Shown here piece after piece: positions 19,599-28,266 of a DNA stretch of 49,283 nt. A model generated the notes under the pieces. That model ran no database searches, was not told where the DNA came from, and saw nothing but the letters and a program-made list of their open reading frames with translations. The stretch is from NCBI GenBank assembly GCA_048268245.1, contig JBLWVX010000019.1, positions 1 to 49,283 of the forward strand. The letters are read 5' to 3'. The translations under genes and the position numbers were made by a program. Within the stretch, counting starts at the first letter, position 1; every line of letters starts with the position of its first letter. Origin of the DNA: Arcobacteraceae bacterium (GTDB taxonomy: Bacteria > Campylobacterota > Campylobacteria > Campylobacterales > Arcobacteraceae).

Positions 19599-20750
19599 AT
19601 GAAGAAACATGTTGAAACATCATTAAGCCATATTGCAAAATTTGCACCATTTGCTGAACAAGCAGGTGCTTCACACTTTCCTATTTACAACACAGGAACA
19701 TTTGATTTAAAAAAACAAGATGGCGATAAAATTTATGACTATACAAGAAGTGACAACCCTACAAGAGAGATGTTAGAAAATCTTTTCACTGAAGTAGAAG
19801 GTGGTGCTGGATGTGTATGTACACACACAGGTATTGCTTCTGTTGCACTTTTATTTGAGACAACTCTAAAAGCAAACTCACATATTTTAGTTGAAGCTGA
19901 CTGTTATGGCGGAACATTTAGACTTCTAAAAGTATTTAAAGAAAAGTACAATGTAACAGTACACTTTGCTAACTTCTTAGAGTTTGATAATATGGAAGAG
20001 ATTCTAAAAAACAACCCAATTGATTTAGTTTTATGTGAGAGTCCTACAAACCCTGGTCTTAAAATCATTGATTTAAAAGAAGTAGCTAACTTAGCACATA
20101 AGTACAATGCTTTATTTGCAGTTGATAACTCACTTGCTACATTTATAAGTCAAAGACCTATTGAGCTTGGAGCTGATTTTTCACTATTCTCAACAACTAA
20201 ATATATCTCAGGTCACGGTGCAGTTGTTGCAGGTGCTATTGTTGCAGCTACAAAAGAGCTAAGTGATGAAGTTCACTACTATGCAAATGCAGGTGGAAGA
20301 AGTCAAAATCCTATGGATGTGTACTTAATCACACTTGGTATTCCAACACTAAAAGTTAGAATGAAAGAACATGAAAAAAACTCTATAATTATTGCTAAGT
20401 TTTTAGAAGAGCAAGAGTACATCACTAAAGTTACTCACCCAGCACTAGAGTCACATCCACAACACAAGCTAGCAAAAGAGCAAATGGATTATATTCCAGG
20501 ACTATTCTGTGCAGATTTCAAAACACTTGAATTAGCTGAGAAGTTTATAGAAAACACTAAAATTTATGGTGAAAAGTGTTCATTTGGAAGTCCTGATTCA
20601 AGAGTAGAAATTCCTGCTAAGATTTCTCATGCTTCATTTAGTAAAGAGGAATTAGAAGCTATTGGGATTGCAGAGGGAACAGTGAGATTCTCAATTGGTT
20701 TAGAAAATGTAGAAGATTTAATCGAAGATATAAAACAGGCAGTAAAGTAA
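19599..20750 (+). CDS. Cys/Met metabolism PLP enzyme (cystathionine beta-lyase / gamma-synthase family)
   Basis: YDYTRSDNPT, YGGT, ESPTNP, VDNS, STTKYISGH (PLP Lys), RFSIGLE. Confidence 0.9.
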   Translation: MKKHVETSLSHIAKFAPFAEQAGASHFPIYNTGTFDLKKQDGDKIYDYTRSDNPTREMLENLFTEVEGGAGCVCTHTGIASVALLFETTLKANSHILVEADCYGGTFRLLKVFKEKYNVTVHFANFLEFDNMEEILKNNPIDLVLCESPTNPGLKIIDLKEVANLAHKYNALFAVDNSLATFISQRPIELGADFSLFSTTKYISGHGAVVAGAIVAATKELSDEVHYYANAGGRSQNPMDVYLITLGIPTLKVRMKEHEKNSIIIAKFLEEQEYITKVTHPALESHPQHKLAKEQMDYIPGLFCADFKTLELAEKFIENTKIYGEKCSFGSPDSRVEIPAKISHASFSKEELEAIGIAEGTVRFSIGLENVEDLIEDIKQAVK

Positions 20751-20761
20751 GAAGGCAATAA

Positions 20762-22258
20762 ATGAACAAAAACTATTTTAATCACATCCCAACAGGAGAA
20801 ACTCTACCTGTAAACAATGTACATGCGGTTTCAGTATCGATGCCCTATTTACAAGATGTGATTGATTATGAACTACAAACTCCCGAAATTCTTGACACTA
20901 TAAAAAGTGGTTATCCAAGGTTTGTACTTCATCCTTATTTAAAACAGCTTGGACTTTATATCAAAGAAAAATATAAAGTAAGTGATGATTATGAAGTAGT
21001 AGTGCTTAGTTCTCAAAAAGCTGTAAAGCTTGTAAGTGATAAATATTATATAAACAATAAGCTTGAAGTAGATGAAGCTTTTGGTGTTATCTTAGTTCAA
21101 AGAAATACTTGTCAATTACAAAGAGTTTTAAGTTATATTCAACATGTAGGCTGCAACCTATCTTCAAGACTTGCTGAAAAGTATCTTTATGATTTAGGAT
21201 TGATTGATAAAATACATGAAGAAGAGCTGGAAGAAGAATCAAAAGCTCATGATATTATCATTGACACACTAGCTAGTGCTTATAATCAACCAAAAGATAA
21301 AGTATGCCTAGCACCATCTGGAATGAATGCAATTTATTCAGTTATAAGAGGTATCAACTCTATTCAAACACACAATGGAAGAACTGTTTTAGTTCAGTTT
21401 GGTTGGCTTTATTTGGATACTATGAATATAGTAAATTATCACTATCAAGAATCAAAAGTTTTTCCTGATATTTTAAATCTTGATTTACTAGAAGAGTATT
21501 TAAAAACAGATGGCTTAAAAGTTAGCGCCATTATCACAGAAGTTCCAACAAACCCTCTTTTAAAAACTGTAAATATAAAAAGATTAAGAAAGTTATGTGA
21601 TGAGTATAATATACCTTTAGTTATTGATACAACTTTTGCTACACCTTATAATCTAAACTTAGAAGATTACGCAGATATTTTTGTAGAATCTCTTACTAAG
21701 TTTGCTTGTGGAAATGCTGATGTTTTAATGGGTGCAATTATTTTAAATAAAAGAAATAATCTATCACATATGACAACAGAGTTTTTCAAACATTGTGACC
21801 CAGTTTATATAAAAGATAAACAAAGATTAGCACTACAAATAAAAGATTATAAAAACAGAGTTAAAAAAATAAGTTCAAATACAAAAGCCTTAGCTGCTTA
21901 TTTTGAAGAGTGTTCTTATATTGACAAAGTCTTTTACTGTTTAAATGAAGAAAACAAAGACAACTATTCTCAAACAATGAGAGATGACAATAGCCTTACA
22001 GGTATTATATCTGTTACTTTTAATAGAGCATTTAAAAAAGTATATGACAAACTAAACTTTGCCAAAGGACCTAGCTTAGGTACTGAATTTACACTTCTTA
22101 TGCCATATACTTATTTAGCTCATTGGGATTTAATTCAATCAAAGCAAGGAAACAAGTTCTTAGAAGAAATTGGTCTTCCTATAGATTTACTTAGAATTTC
22201 TGTTGGAGTAGAACCAATTGATGAGATTATAAATGAATTTAAAAAACTAGAAGAATAA
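20762..22258 (+). CDS. Long-form cystathionine gamma-synthase-like PLP enzyme (fungal Str2-type architecture)
   Basis: N-terminal HAVSVSMP...GYPRFVLH extension; EVPTNPLL, SLTKF, KGPSLGT.FTL, RISVGVE. Confidence 0.8.
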   Translation: MNKNYFNHIPTGETLPVNNVHAVSVSMPYLQDVIDYELQTPEILDTIKSGYPRFVLHPYLKQLGLYIKEKYKVSDDYEVVVLSSQKAVKLVSDKYYINNKLEVDEAFGVILVQRNTCQLQRVLSYIQHVGCNLSSRLAEKYLYDLGLIDKIHEEELEEESKAHDIIIDTLASAYNQPKDKVCLAPSGMNAIYSVIRGINSIQTHNGRTVLVQFGWLYLDTMNIVNYHYQESKVFPDILNLDLLEEYLKTDGLKVSAIITEVPTNPLLKTVNIKRLRKLCDEYNIPLVIDTTFATPYNLNLEDYADIFVESLTKFACGNADVLMGAIILNKRNNLSHMTTEFFKHCDPVYIKDKQRLALQIKDYKNRVKKISSNTKALAAYFEECSYIDKVFYCLNEENKDNYSQTMRDDNSLTGIISVTFNRAFKKVYDKLNFAKGPSLGTEFTLLMPYTYLAHWDLIQSKQGNKFLEEIGLPIDLLRISVGVEPIDEIINEFKKLEE

Positions 22259-22268
22259 ATCTTCTAGT

Positions 22269-22610
22269 TTATAATTTTAAGACATTTTTCACTCTAAGTA
22301 GTGAATCATCTTTAGATAATGTAAGTCTTACAATTGAGTCTTCATTTGCTTTAAGATTATGTACAATACTGGCTTCTAAACTTACGATATCGCCTTTTAC
22401 AAGATTATAAACCTTTTCACCAACTCCAAAATCAATTGAACCCTCAAAAATTTCAACTGTAATAGGATAAGCTGTTTTATGATCTTTCATAATTTGTTCT
22501 TTTTTAAAAACTATACGAATCTCTTTTGAAAAAGCAGTCTCTAACATAGGAGATACTTTTACTTTATCTTCACCATATTCAATATGGTCATAAATATTTA
22601 CTTTTTCCAT
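22269..22610 (-). CDS. Cupin-domain protein
   Basis: MKDHKTAYPITV..FEG and SIVHNLKA cupin motifs. Confidence 0.8.
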   Translation of the reverse strand: MEKVNIYDHIEYGEDKVKVSPMLETAFSKEIRIVFKKEQIMKDHKTAYPITVEIFEGSIDFGVGEKVYNLVKGDIVSLEASIVHNLKANEDSIVRLTLSKDDSLLRVKNVLKL

Positions 22611-22675
22611 AATAAAACCTTTTAATTTAATATCATAATTTTATCTTGAGAAAAGAAACAATACATTGATTATAA

Positions 22676-23122
22676 TCAAGAAAGTTTTGCTATAAAAAAG
22701 AAGTTATTATCAAAACTACCCTCTTCTAAAAGCTCATAATTCTCATTTAATAAAGTTAAAACTTCATTTTTTTCAATCTTATTTTTGTCTAAAATATGAA
22801 AGATTAGACCTTCTTTATTTAAAATATTTTTTTGATTTTTTAAAGAATCATTGAGTTGAACAAGAGATAAACTATCTAAAGTATTTCTTGAAAAAATAGC
22901 ATCGAACTTCTTGTGTGTATCAATTGTAACTTTATCTATTAAAATAACTCTTATATCAATAAATTCATCTTTTAAAAATCTTGTTTTAACTTTTTCGTCT
23001 TCACTTGCAACTACTTCATAATATGAATGAAGTAGTTTTAAATCATCACCTTTTTTACTTCCTAGTTCTAAAACTTTTTTAAATCTTGGAAGATATTTTC
23101 TAAAAGTCGTGATAATATCCAT
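22676..23122 (-). CDS. Short class I SAM-methyltransferase-fold protein with degenerate motif I
   Basis: KVLELGSKKGDD, KFDAIFS, LNKEGL motifs; only 148 aa. Confidence 0.6.
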   Translation of the reverse strand: MDIITTFRKYLPRFKKVLELGSKKGDDLKLLHSYYEVVASEDEKVKTRFLKDEFIDIRVILIDKVTIDTHKKFDAIFSRNTLDSLSLVQLNDSLKNQKNILNKEGLIFHILDKNKIEKNEVLTLLNENYELLEEGSFDNNFFFIAKLS

Positions 23123-23131
23123 TTTTATTCC

Positions 23132-24592
23132 TTATAAAATATCTGCGTTTAAAAGAAGTAACAATCCTAATGCAAACATTACAATAGGAGCTAAAACCTC
23201 CATTATGTTGATTATTTTAGTAGATTTAGCTGATACTTTATTTAAAGATACTCCTAAAAATGATGAAGCAAAGATTACAAGACCCATTCCAAGAGAAATA
23301 GCAATACTTGCTAAAATTACTGAAAAATAAGTTTTTAAAATAAAAGCATATACAAAAAGAACTACTGTTCCAGGACAAGGTATAAGTCCAGCAGTTAATA
23401 CAAATATCAAGTCTTGCTTTTTTCTTTCATTGTTAAAATGAATTTTACTCTCAAACTTTTGTACAAAGTTTACATTTCCAGTTATAGAAAACATTGGTTT
23501 CTCTTCTGTACTACAACAAGCACTACAAGCACAAGATTTTTTCTTTAGTTTTCTATATAAAATATATATAGATAAAAGCATTATTAAAACTGCACTTGTT
23601 TGAGTAATGTATTTAATAGAATCATCTAAAAAACTATTTAAAACACTTTGAAGTATAAAAATAGAAATCACAACTAAAATCAGTGCTCCAACAATATGAA
23701 TAAATGCAGTTGCAAGTGAAATAATAAACGCTTGAAAATATGAACTTTTTTGAGCACTAAAGTATGAAAAGGCTAATGCTTTTCCATGCCCAGGTCCCAT
23801 AGCATGAATTATTCCATATACAAAAGATACTACAAGTAAAAATAGTAAAGCCCATTTATCTTCACCCTTTTCAATCTCTACTAAGTAATATTTTACTTTC
23901 TTCACAAAACCACCTAAAAGAGTCTCTTCTTTTTGAGTTTTTTCTTCTTCTAAAGATTTTTCAATTAGATTTTTTTCTTTCTTTCTAACTTCAGTAACAC
24001 TTTGTTTTACTTCTTCTTTAGTCTCACTTGTAGCTAGTGAAGGCGCATTTATAGTGTAAGTTACACTATTATAATCCATCTGCTTTTTTACCCCATAAGG
24101 AATACTAAAATCTTGTTTATTCTCATCAATTAGCATAATAAAGTAACTTGCATCATCATACACTTCAATATATAGCTTGTGATTATGTTTGATTTCATAA
24201 TTTAAATCAAACTCATAATCAAAACTTAATATTCCATCATTAAAATTGAATTTATATTTTTTTATATCAAGTGTTCTTGATACTTCTTCAATTTTAGTAC
24301 TATAAGTAAGATGTGTAAGGTAATTCTTGGGTTCTATATAAGCTAGTAGTGCATCTTGAATCACTTCTATTTCTTTTTCATCAAATGTTGCGTCTAAATT
24401 TGTATCGTAGAGATTTAAAAGCTCTTTTGTAAACTCTTTTGCAAAAACCCATTTAACTTGAGCATTTTTTATAAGTTTGTCATCTGCTTTTATAGAAATT
24501 GAAACATGTGTTTTAGGAGAATAAACTGAACATAAGGAACATCCAAAAAAGATGCCCTTAAAAATTAAAATTAATAGTAAATATCGTATCAT
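23132..24592 (-). CDS. DUF1007-like periplasmic domain fused to a NiCoT/RcnA-type metal permease (ZevA-ZevB-like fusion)
   Basis: N-terminal half with W.F...F, DTNLD and YDDASYF motifs; C-terminal half with YGIIHAMGPGHGK and GLIPCPG. Confidence 0.75.
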   Translation of the reverse strand: MIRYLLLILIFKGIFFGCSLCSVYSPKTHVSISIKADDKLIKNAQVKWVFAKEFTKELLNLYDTNLDATFDEKEIEVIQDALLAYIEPKNYLTHLTYSTKIEEVSRTLDIKKYKFNFNDGILSFDYEFDLNYEIKHNHKLYIEVYDDASYFIMLIDENKQDFSIPYGVKKQMDYNSVTYTINAPSLATSETKEEVKQSVTEVRKKEKNLIEKSLEEEKTQKEETLLGGFVKKVKYYLVEIEKGEDKWALLFLLVVSFVYGIIHAMGPGHGKALAFSYFSAQKSSYFQAFIISLATAFIHIVGALILVVISIFILQSVLNSFLDDSIKYITQTSAVLIMLLSIYILYRKLKKKSCACSACCSTEEKPMFSITGNVNFVQKFESKIHFNNERKKQDLIFVLTAGLIPCPGTVVLFVYAFILKTYFSVILASIAISLGMGLVIFASSFLGVSLNKVSAKSTKIINIMEVLAPIVMFALGLLLLLNADIL

Positions 24593-25545
24593 TTATAACT
24601 TTTTGCAATCTCGTTTACTACCTTTAATAGATTCTTATCCCATTCATAAGACAATGGGTCAATTGTAGCAGTGTAACCTTTAATACTATTTGAAATAACT
24701 TTTGCACCTTTTTGAGAGAATTGAGGTGCTACAAATACGATTTTTATATCGTGTTTTTTAGCTTCATCTATTAACTCAACTAATTGAGCTGGTTTTGGCT
24801 CTTTTCCTTGGATTTCGATAGAAATTTGCTCTAAATGATATCTTTTTGCAAAATATCCCCATGATGGATGAAATACCATGAATGCTTTATGTTCATAAGG
24901 TTCTATAATTGATTCTAACTTCTTATTTAAAGTTTCTAACTCTTTAACAAAAGCTTTATAATTTGTTAAATAAAACTCTTTATTTTTAGCATCAATTTTA
25001 ACTAATGCTTCATAGATATTTTTTGCTTGAACTTTTACTAACATAGGATCTAACCAAACATGTGGATCTAAGCCAGAATGATCATGTCCTTCATGTTCAT
25101 CATGTTTTGCATCTTCTTTTTCATGTTTATCATGTTCATGGGCATCATGGTCATGTGTATCGTGGTCATGATCTTTGTGCTCTTCGTGTTTATTCTTTTC
25201 TTCATCATGATGTACATGTGCTTGCATTTTAAGTTTCTTTATACCATTTGTAGTATCTACAACAAGCATATTTTTATTTGCATGCTCAAATTTTTCTAAC
25301 CATACTTTTTCAAATGGCACACCAATTGAAAAATAAGCTTTTGAGTTAGCTAATTTTCTCATTTGTGATGTTTTTGGCTCATATGTTGCAGGAGAGAAGC
25401 CAGCCTTTACCATAACATTTATTTCAACTTTATCTTTTGCTATTTTTTCAACAAAATATTTTTGTGGTAATATACTTACAGTTACTTCATTGGCAAATAA
25501 ACTCATACCAATAAAAAAGAATAAAGACAATAAAACTTTTTTCAT
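24589..25545 (-). CDS. znuA: Zinc ABC-type substrate-binding protein with His-rich loop
   Basis: VSILPQKYFV, SPATYEP, long His/Asp/Glu loop, DPHVWL, FHPSWGYF. Confidence 0.9.
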   Translation of the reverse strand: MKKVLLSLFFFIGMSLFANEVTVSILPQKYFVEKIAKDKVEINVMVKAGFSPATYEPKTSQMRKLANSKAYFSIGVPFEKVWLEKFEHANKNMLVVDTTNGIKKLKMQAHVHHDEEKNKHEEHKDHDHDTHDHDAHEHDKHEKEDAKHDEHEGHDHSGLDPHVWLDPMLVKVQAKNIYEALVKIDAKNKEFYLTNYKAFVKELETLNKKLESIIEPYEHKAFMVFHPSWGYFAKRYHLEQISIEIQGKEPKPAQLVELIDEAKKHDIKIVFVAPQFSQKGAKVISNSIKGYTATIDPLSYEWDKNLLKVVNEIAKSYK

Positions 25546-25573
25546 ATATTTTCCTTAATTTTCACATTTATTT

Positions 25574-25634
25574 TGCAAGCTAGTTGCATTTATGAAATAA
25601 TATTACATAAAAACTTTAATGCAACTTAGTTGTA
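25574..25634. promoter_or_regulatory. Two putative Zur boxes
   Basis: TGCAA-N5-TTGCA (25574-25588) and TGCAA-N5-TTGTA (25620-25634) between the divergent znuA and Fur-family genes. Confidence 0.7.
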
Positions 25635-25686
25635 TTTAGACAAAAATAATAAAGTTCTTTTAAATTAAAATTGATATAATCTAACT

Positions 25687-26055
25687 ATGAACTTAGAAAA
25701 ACTAACACATGAAAAAAATATAAAACTAACTACTGCAAGAAAAGCTATCTTGGAGATTTTAGTTGAATCAGACAAACCTTTATGCTACGAAGATATTAAA
25801 GATAATCTTTCTATGGATAAGGCTACATTTTATAGAAACATTACAAAGTTTGAAGAACAAAATATTATTAACTCTTTTGAGTCAAATGATAAAAAAAGAT
25901 ATTTTGAAATAGCAAAAACAAAACACTCTCACTTTGTATGTAATGTTTGTTCTAAAATTGAGTGCATTCATGAGAAATTGGATTTTAATTTAGAAGGTTA
26001 TCAAGTTGACAACATAATAATCAAAGGTGTTTGTCCTAAATGTATAAATTCATAA
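25687..26055 (+). CDS. zur: Fur-family regulator, probably Zur
   Basis: DKATFYRN HTH, HSHFVCNVC, GVCPKC; divergent from znuA. Confidence 0.82.
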   Translation: MNLEKLTHEKNIKLTTARKAILEILVESDKPLCYEDIKDNLSMDKATFYRNITKFEEQNIINSFESNDKKRYFEIAKTKHSHFVCNVCSKIECIHEKLDFNLEGYQVDNIIIKGVCPKCINS

Positions 26056-26064
26056 GGAAAAAAA

Positions 26065-27351
26065 ATGATTAAACAATTAATTACAATTGAAAGATATATA
26101 AATAAAGAAGCCCTAAGTGGTATTATACTTTTCATTGCTACTGTTGCTGCTGTAATTGTTGCAAATTCAAGTTGGGGACAAGCATATTATGACTTATGGC
26201 ATTTACCTCTTGGTATAAATCTTGGAGATTTAACTGTTTCTATGACCCTTACATATTGGATTGATGATGGTTTAATGGCACTATTCTTCCTAATGGTTGG
26301 TTTAGAAATAAAAAGAGAAATGCTAATAGGAGAATTATCAAGTGTAAGTAAAGCTTCATTTCCAATCGTTGCTGCAATTGGGGGTATGTTAATACCTGCT
26401 TTAATTTATGTAGGTTTTAATCCTGACAATCCATTAGGTTTTGGTGTACCTATGGCTACAGATATTGCTTTTGCCTTAGGTATTTTAATGCTTTTAGGAA
26501 CAAGAGTAAATCCAGCACTAAAACTGTTTTTAGTTGCTTTAGCTGTTGTTGATGATTTAGGTGCTGTATTAGTAGTTGCAACTGTTTATACAAGTGATAT
26601 TCAATCACAATACTTTTTACAGGCAGGTGCTATTTATGCTTTAATTTGGATTTTAAATAAAAGAGGTGTTACAAGTATAACTGTTTACTTATTACTTGGT
26701 ATTTTACTTTGGGTTTATATTCATGCAATTGGTATACATGCTACTATTGCAGGTGTTTTATTAGCATTTGCTATTCCTATTACTTCAAAAATTGATGAAA
26801 AAAGGTTTATTGAAGAAACTAGACAATCAGTAGATGAATTTGAAAAACATATAGATCCTATTCCTGTTTTAAATCATCATCAGATTGATCAACTAGAAAA
26901 TATAGCCTATAGATACGATAGAGTTCAAAACCCATTAGTAAGACTTGAACACAACTTACATGGTCTTTCAGCATTTTTTATTATGCCTTTATTTGCATTT
27001 TCAAATGCAGGTGTTTTAATCGACTTTAGTACAGTAAGTGCAAACTTAATGATTGTATTAGGTGTTGTTTGTGGTTTAGTAATTGGTAAGCCTATAGGTA
27101 TTTTAGGACTTACATACATTGCTGATAAATTTAACATAATTAAAAAACCAGATACTATTTCATGGAGAGAAATTTTAGCAGTTGGGTTTATAGCTGGTAT
27201 TGGATTTACAATGTCAATCTTCATTACTCATTTAGCCTTCTTAGATGAAGGAACAATTGCTGCTGTTAAACTTGGTGTATTTGCTGCTTCATTTATAGCT
27301 GCACTTATTGGTGTTTTACTACTTCTTTCTATAAAAAAAGAGAAAGCTTAA
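26065..27351 (+). CDS. nhaA: Na+/H+ antiporter NhaA (copy 2)
   Basis: WIDDGLMALFF, PMATDIAF, LAVVDDLG, GIGFTMSIF. Confidence 0.95.
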   Translation: MIKQLITIERYINKEALSGIILFIATVAAVIVANSSWGQAYYDLWHLPLGINLGDLTVSMTLTYWIDDGLMALFFLMVGLEIKREMLIGELSSVSKASFPIVAAIGGMLIPALIYVGFNPDNPLGFGVPMATDIAFALGILMLLGTRVNPALKLFLVALAVVDDLGAVLVVATVYTSDIQSQYFLQAGAIYALIWILNKRGVTSITVYLLLGILLWVYIHAIGIHATIAGVLLAFAIPITSKIDEKRFIEETRQSVDEFEKHIDPIPVLNHHQIDQLENIAYRYDRVQNPLVRLEHNLHGLSAFFIMPLFAFSNAGVLIDFSTVSANLMIVLGVVCGLVIGKPIGILGLTYIADKFNIIKKPDTISWREILAVGFIAGIGFTMSIFITHLAFLDEGTIAAVKLGVFAASFIAALIGVLLLLSIKKEKA

Positions 27352-27372
27352 AAACTTTCTCTTTGTATAAAA

Positions 27373-27391
27373 AATAGCAATATTATTCTAT
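27373..27391 (+). promoter_or_regulatory. Putative AraC binding site, copy 1
   Basis: AATAGCAATATTATTCTAT, 20 nt upstream of TAAGAT -10. Confidence 0.6.
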
Positions 27392-27422
27392 TTTCAAAAA
27401 GAAAATTTAACTAAGATATAAC

Positions 27423-28214
27423 ATGTCAAAACTACTACAAAATATACTTTTTGAAAACGTTAAACAATCAACAAATGATTTTACAAAACACTACCATGAT
27501 ACATATACAATAGGTCTTACATATAAAGGTGTTTTAAAATCATTTAATTCTTTTGAGACATATGATTCTTATGAATACTCAATAAGAGTAAATAACCCAG
27601 GAGAAGTTCACTCAGGAAAATCAAAAGAGTGGAGCCATGCGAACTTCTATCCAACAGTTGATTTATTATCAAATCTATATGAGCAAATATTTTATGAAAA
27701 AAAAATTCCTTTTTTTCAAAGACATATTGTAGAAAACAAACTTTTATTTTTAAAACTACATAACTTTTTTACAGCCTACTTTGCTAAAGAAGATGAGATG
27801 TTTGTTGAATCATTATTGATTGAAGCTTTAAGTGAATTAATACTTTCAAATACAATTTATACAAAAGATTATAATAAAATCTTTGAAGATAGAAAACTTA
27901 CTAAAGATACCTATGAACTTATAAATGACTCATTAGATACTAACTTTACCCTTGATACACTAGCTTCAAATGTAAACCTAAGTAAGTATCACTTTTTAAG
28001 GCTATTTAAAAAAGAGTTTGGTCTTACACCACATGCTTTTATCATAAATCAAAGACTAAATAGAGCAAATAAACTTATTCAAAAAGGTATATCAATAAGT
28101 CAAGCAAGTGTTGAAGTTGGCTTTAATGACCAATCTCACTATTCAAGAAATTTCAAGAAGTTTTTTGGATATACTCCTCTTACTTTAAAAAAGAATAGCA
28201 ATTTTATTCTATAA
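27423..28214 (+). CDS. AraC-family transcriptional regulator
   Basis: Cupin-type HYHDTY and NPGEVH; HTH LSKYHFLRLFK...GFNDQSHYSRNFK. Confidence 0.95.
   Translation: MSKLLQNILFENVKQSTNDFTKHYHDTYTIGLTYKGVLKSFNSFETYDSYEYSIRVNNPGEVHSGKSKEWSHANFYPTVDLLSNLYEQIFYEKKIPFFQRHIVENKLLFLKLHNFFTAYFAKEDEMFVESLLIEALSELILSNTIYTKDYNKIFEDRKLTKDTYELINDSLDTNFTLDTLASNVNLSKYHFLRLFKKEFGLTPHAFIINQRLNRANKLIQKGISISQASVEVGFNDQSHYSRNFKKFFGYTPLTLKKNSNFIL
28194..28212 (+). promoter_or_regulatory. Putative AraC binding site, copy 2, inside the araC 3' end
   Basis: AATAGCAATTTTATTCTAT, 20 nt upstream of TATACT -10 (28233-28238). Confidence 0.6.
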
Positions 28215-28266
28215 ATAAAAAAAACTTTTTACTATACTTTTTTAAATTTATTTAAAAGAATATATT

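Noticed and set aside
25078..25299. Met/Ile-rich plus-strand ORF and cat/gat repeats
   Set aside because: Antisense shadow of the ZnuA His-rich loop; not a gene or a repeat array
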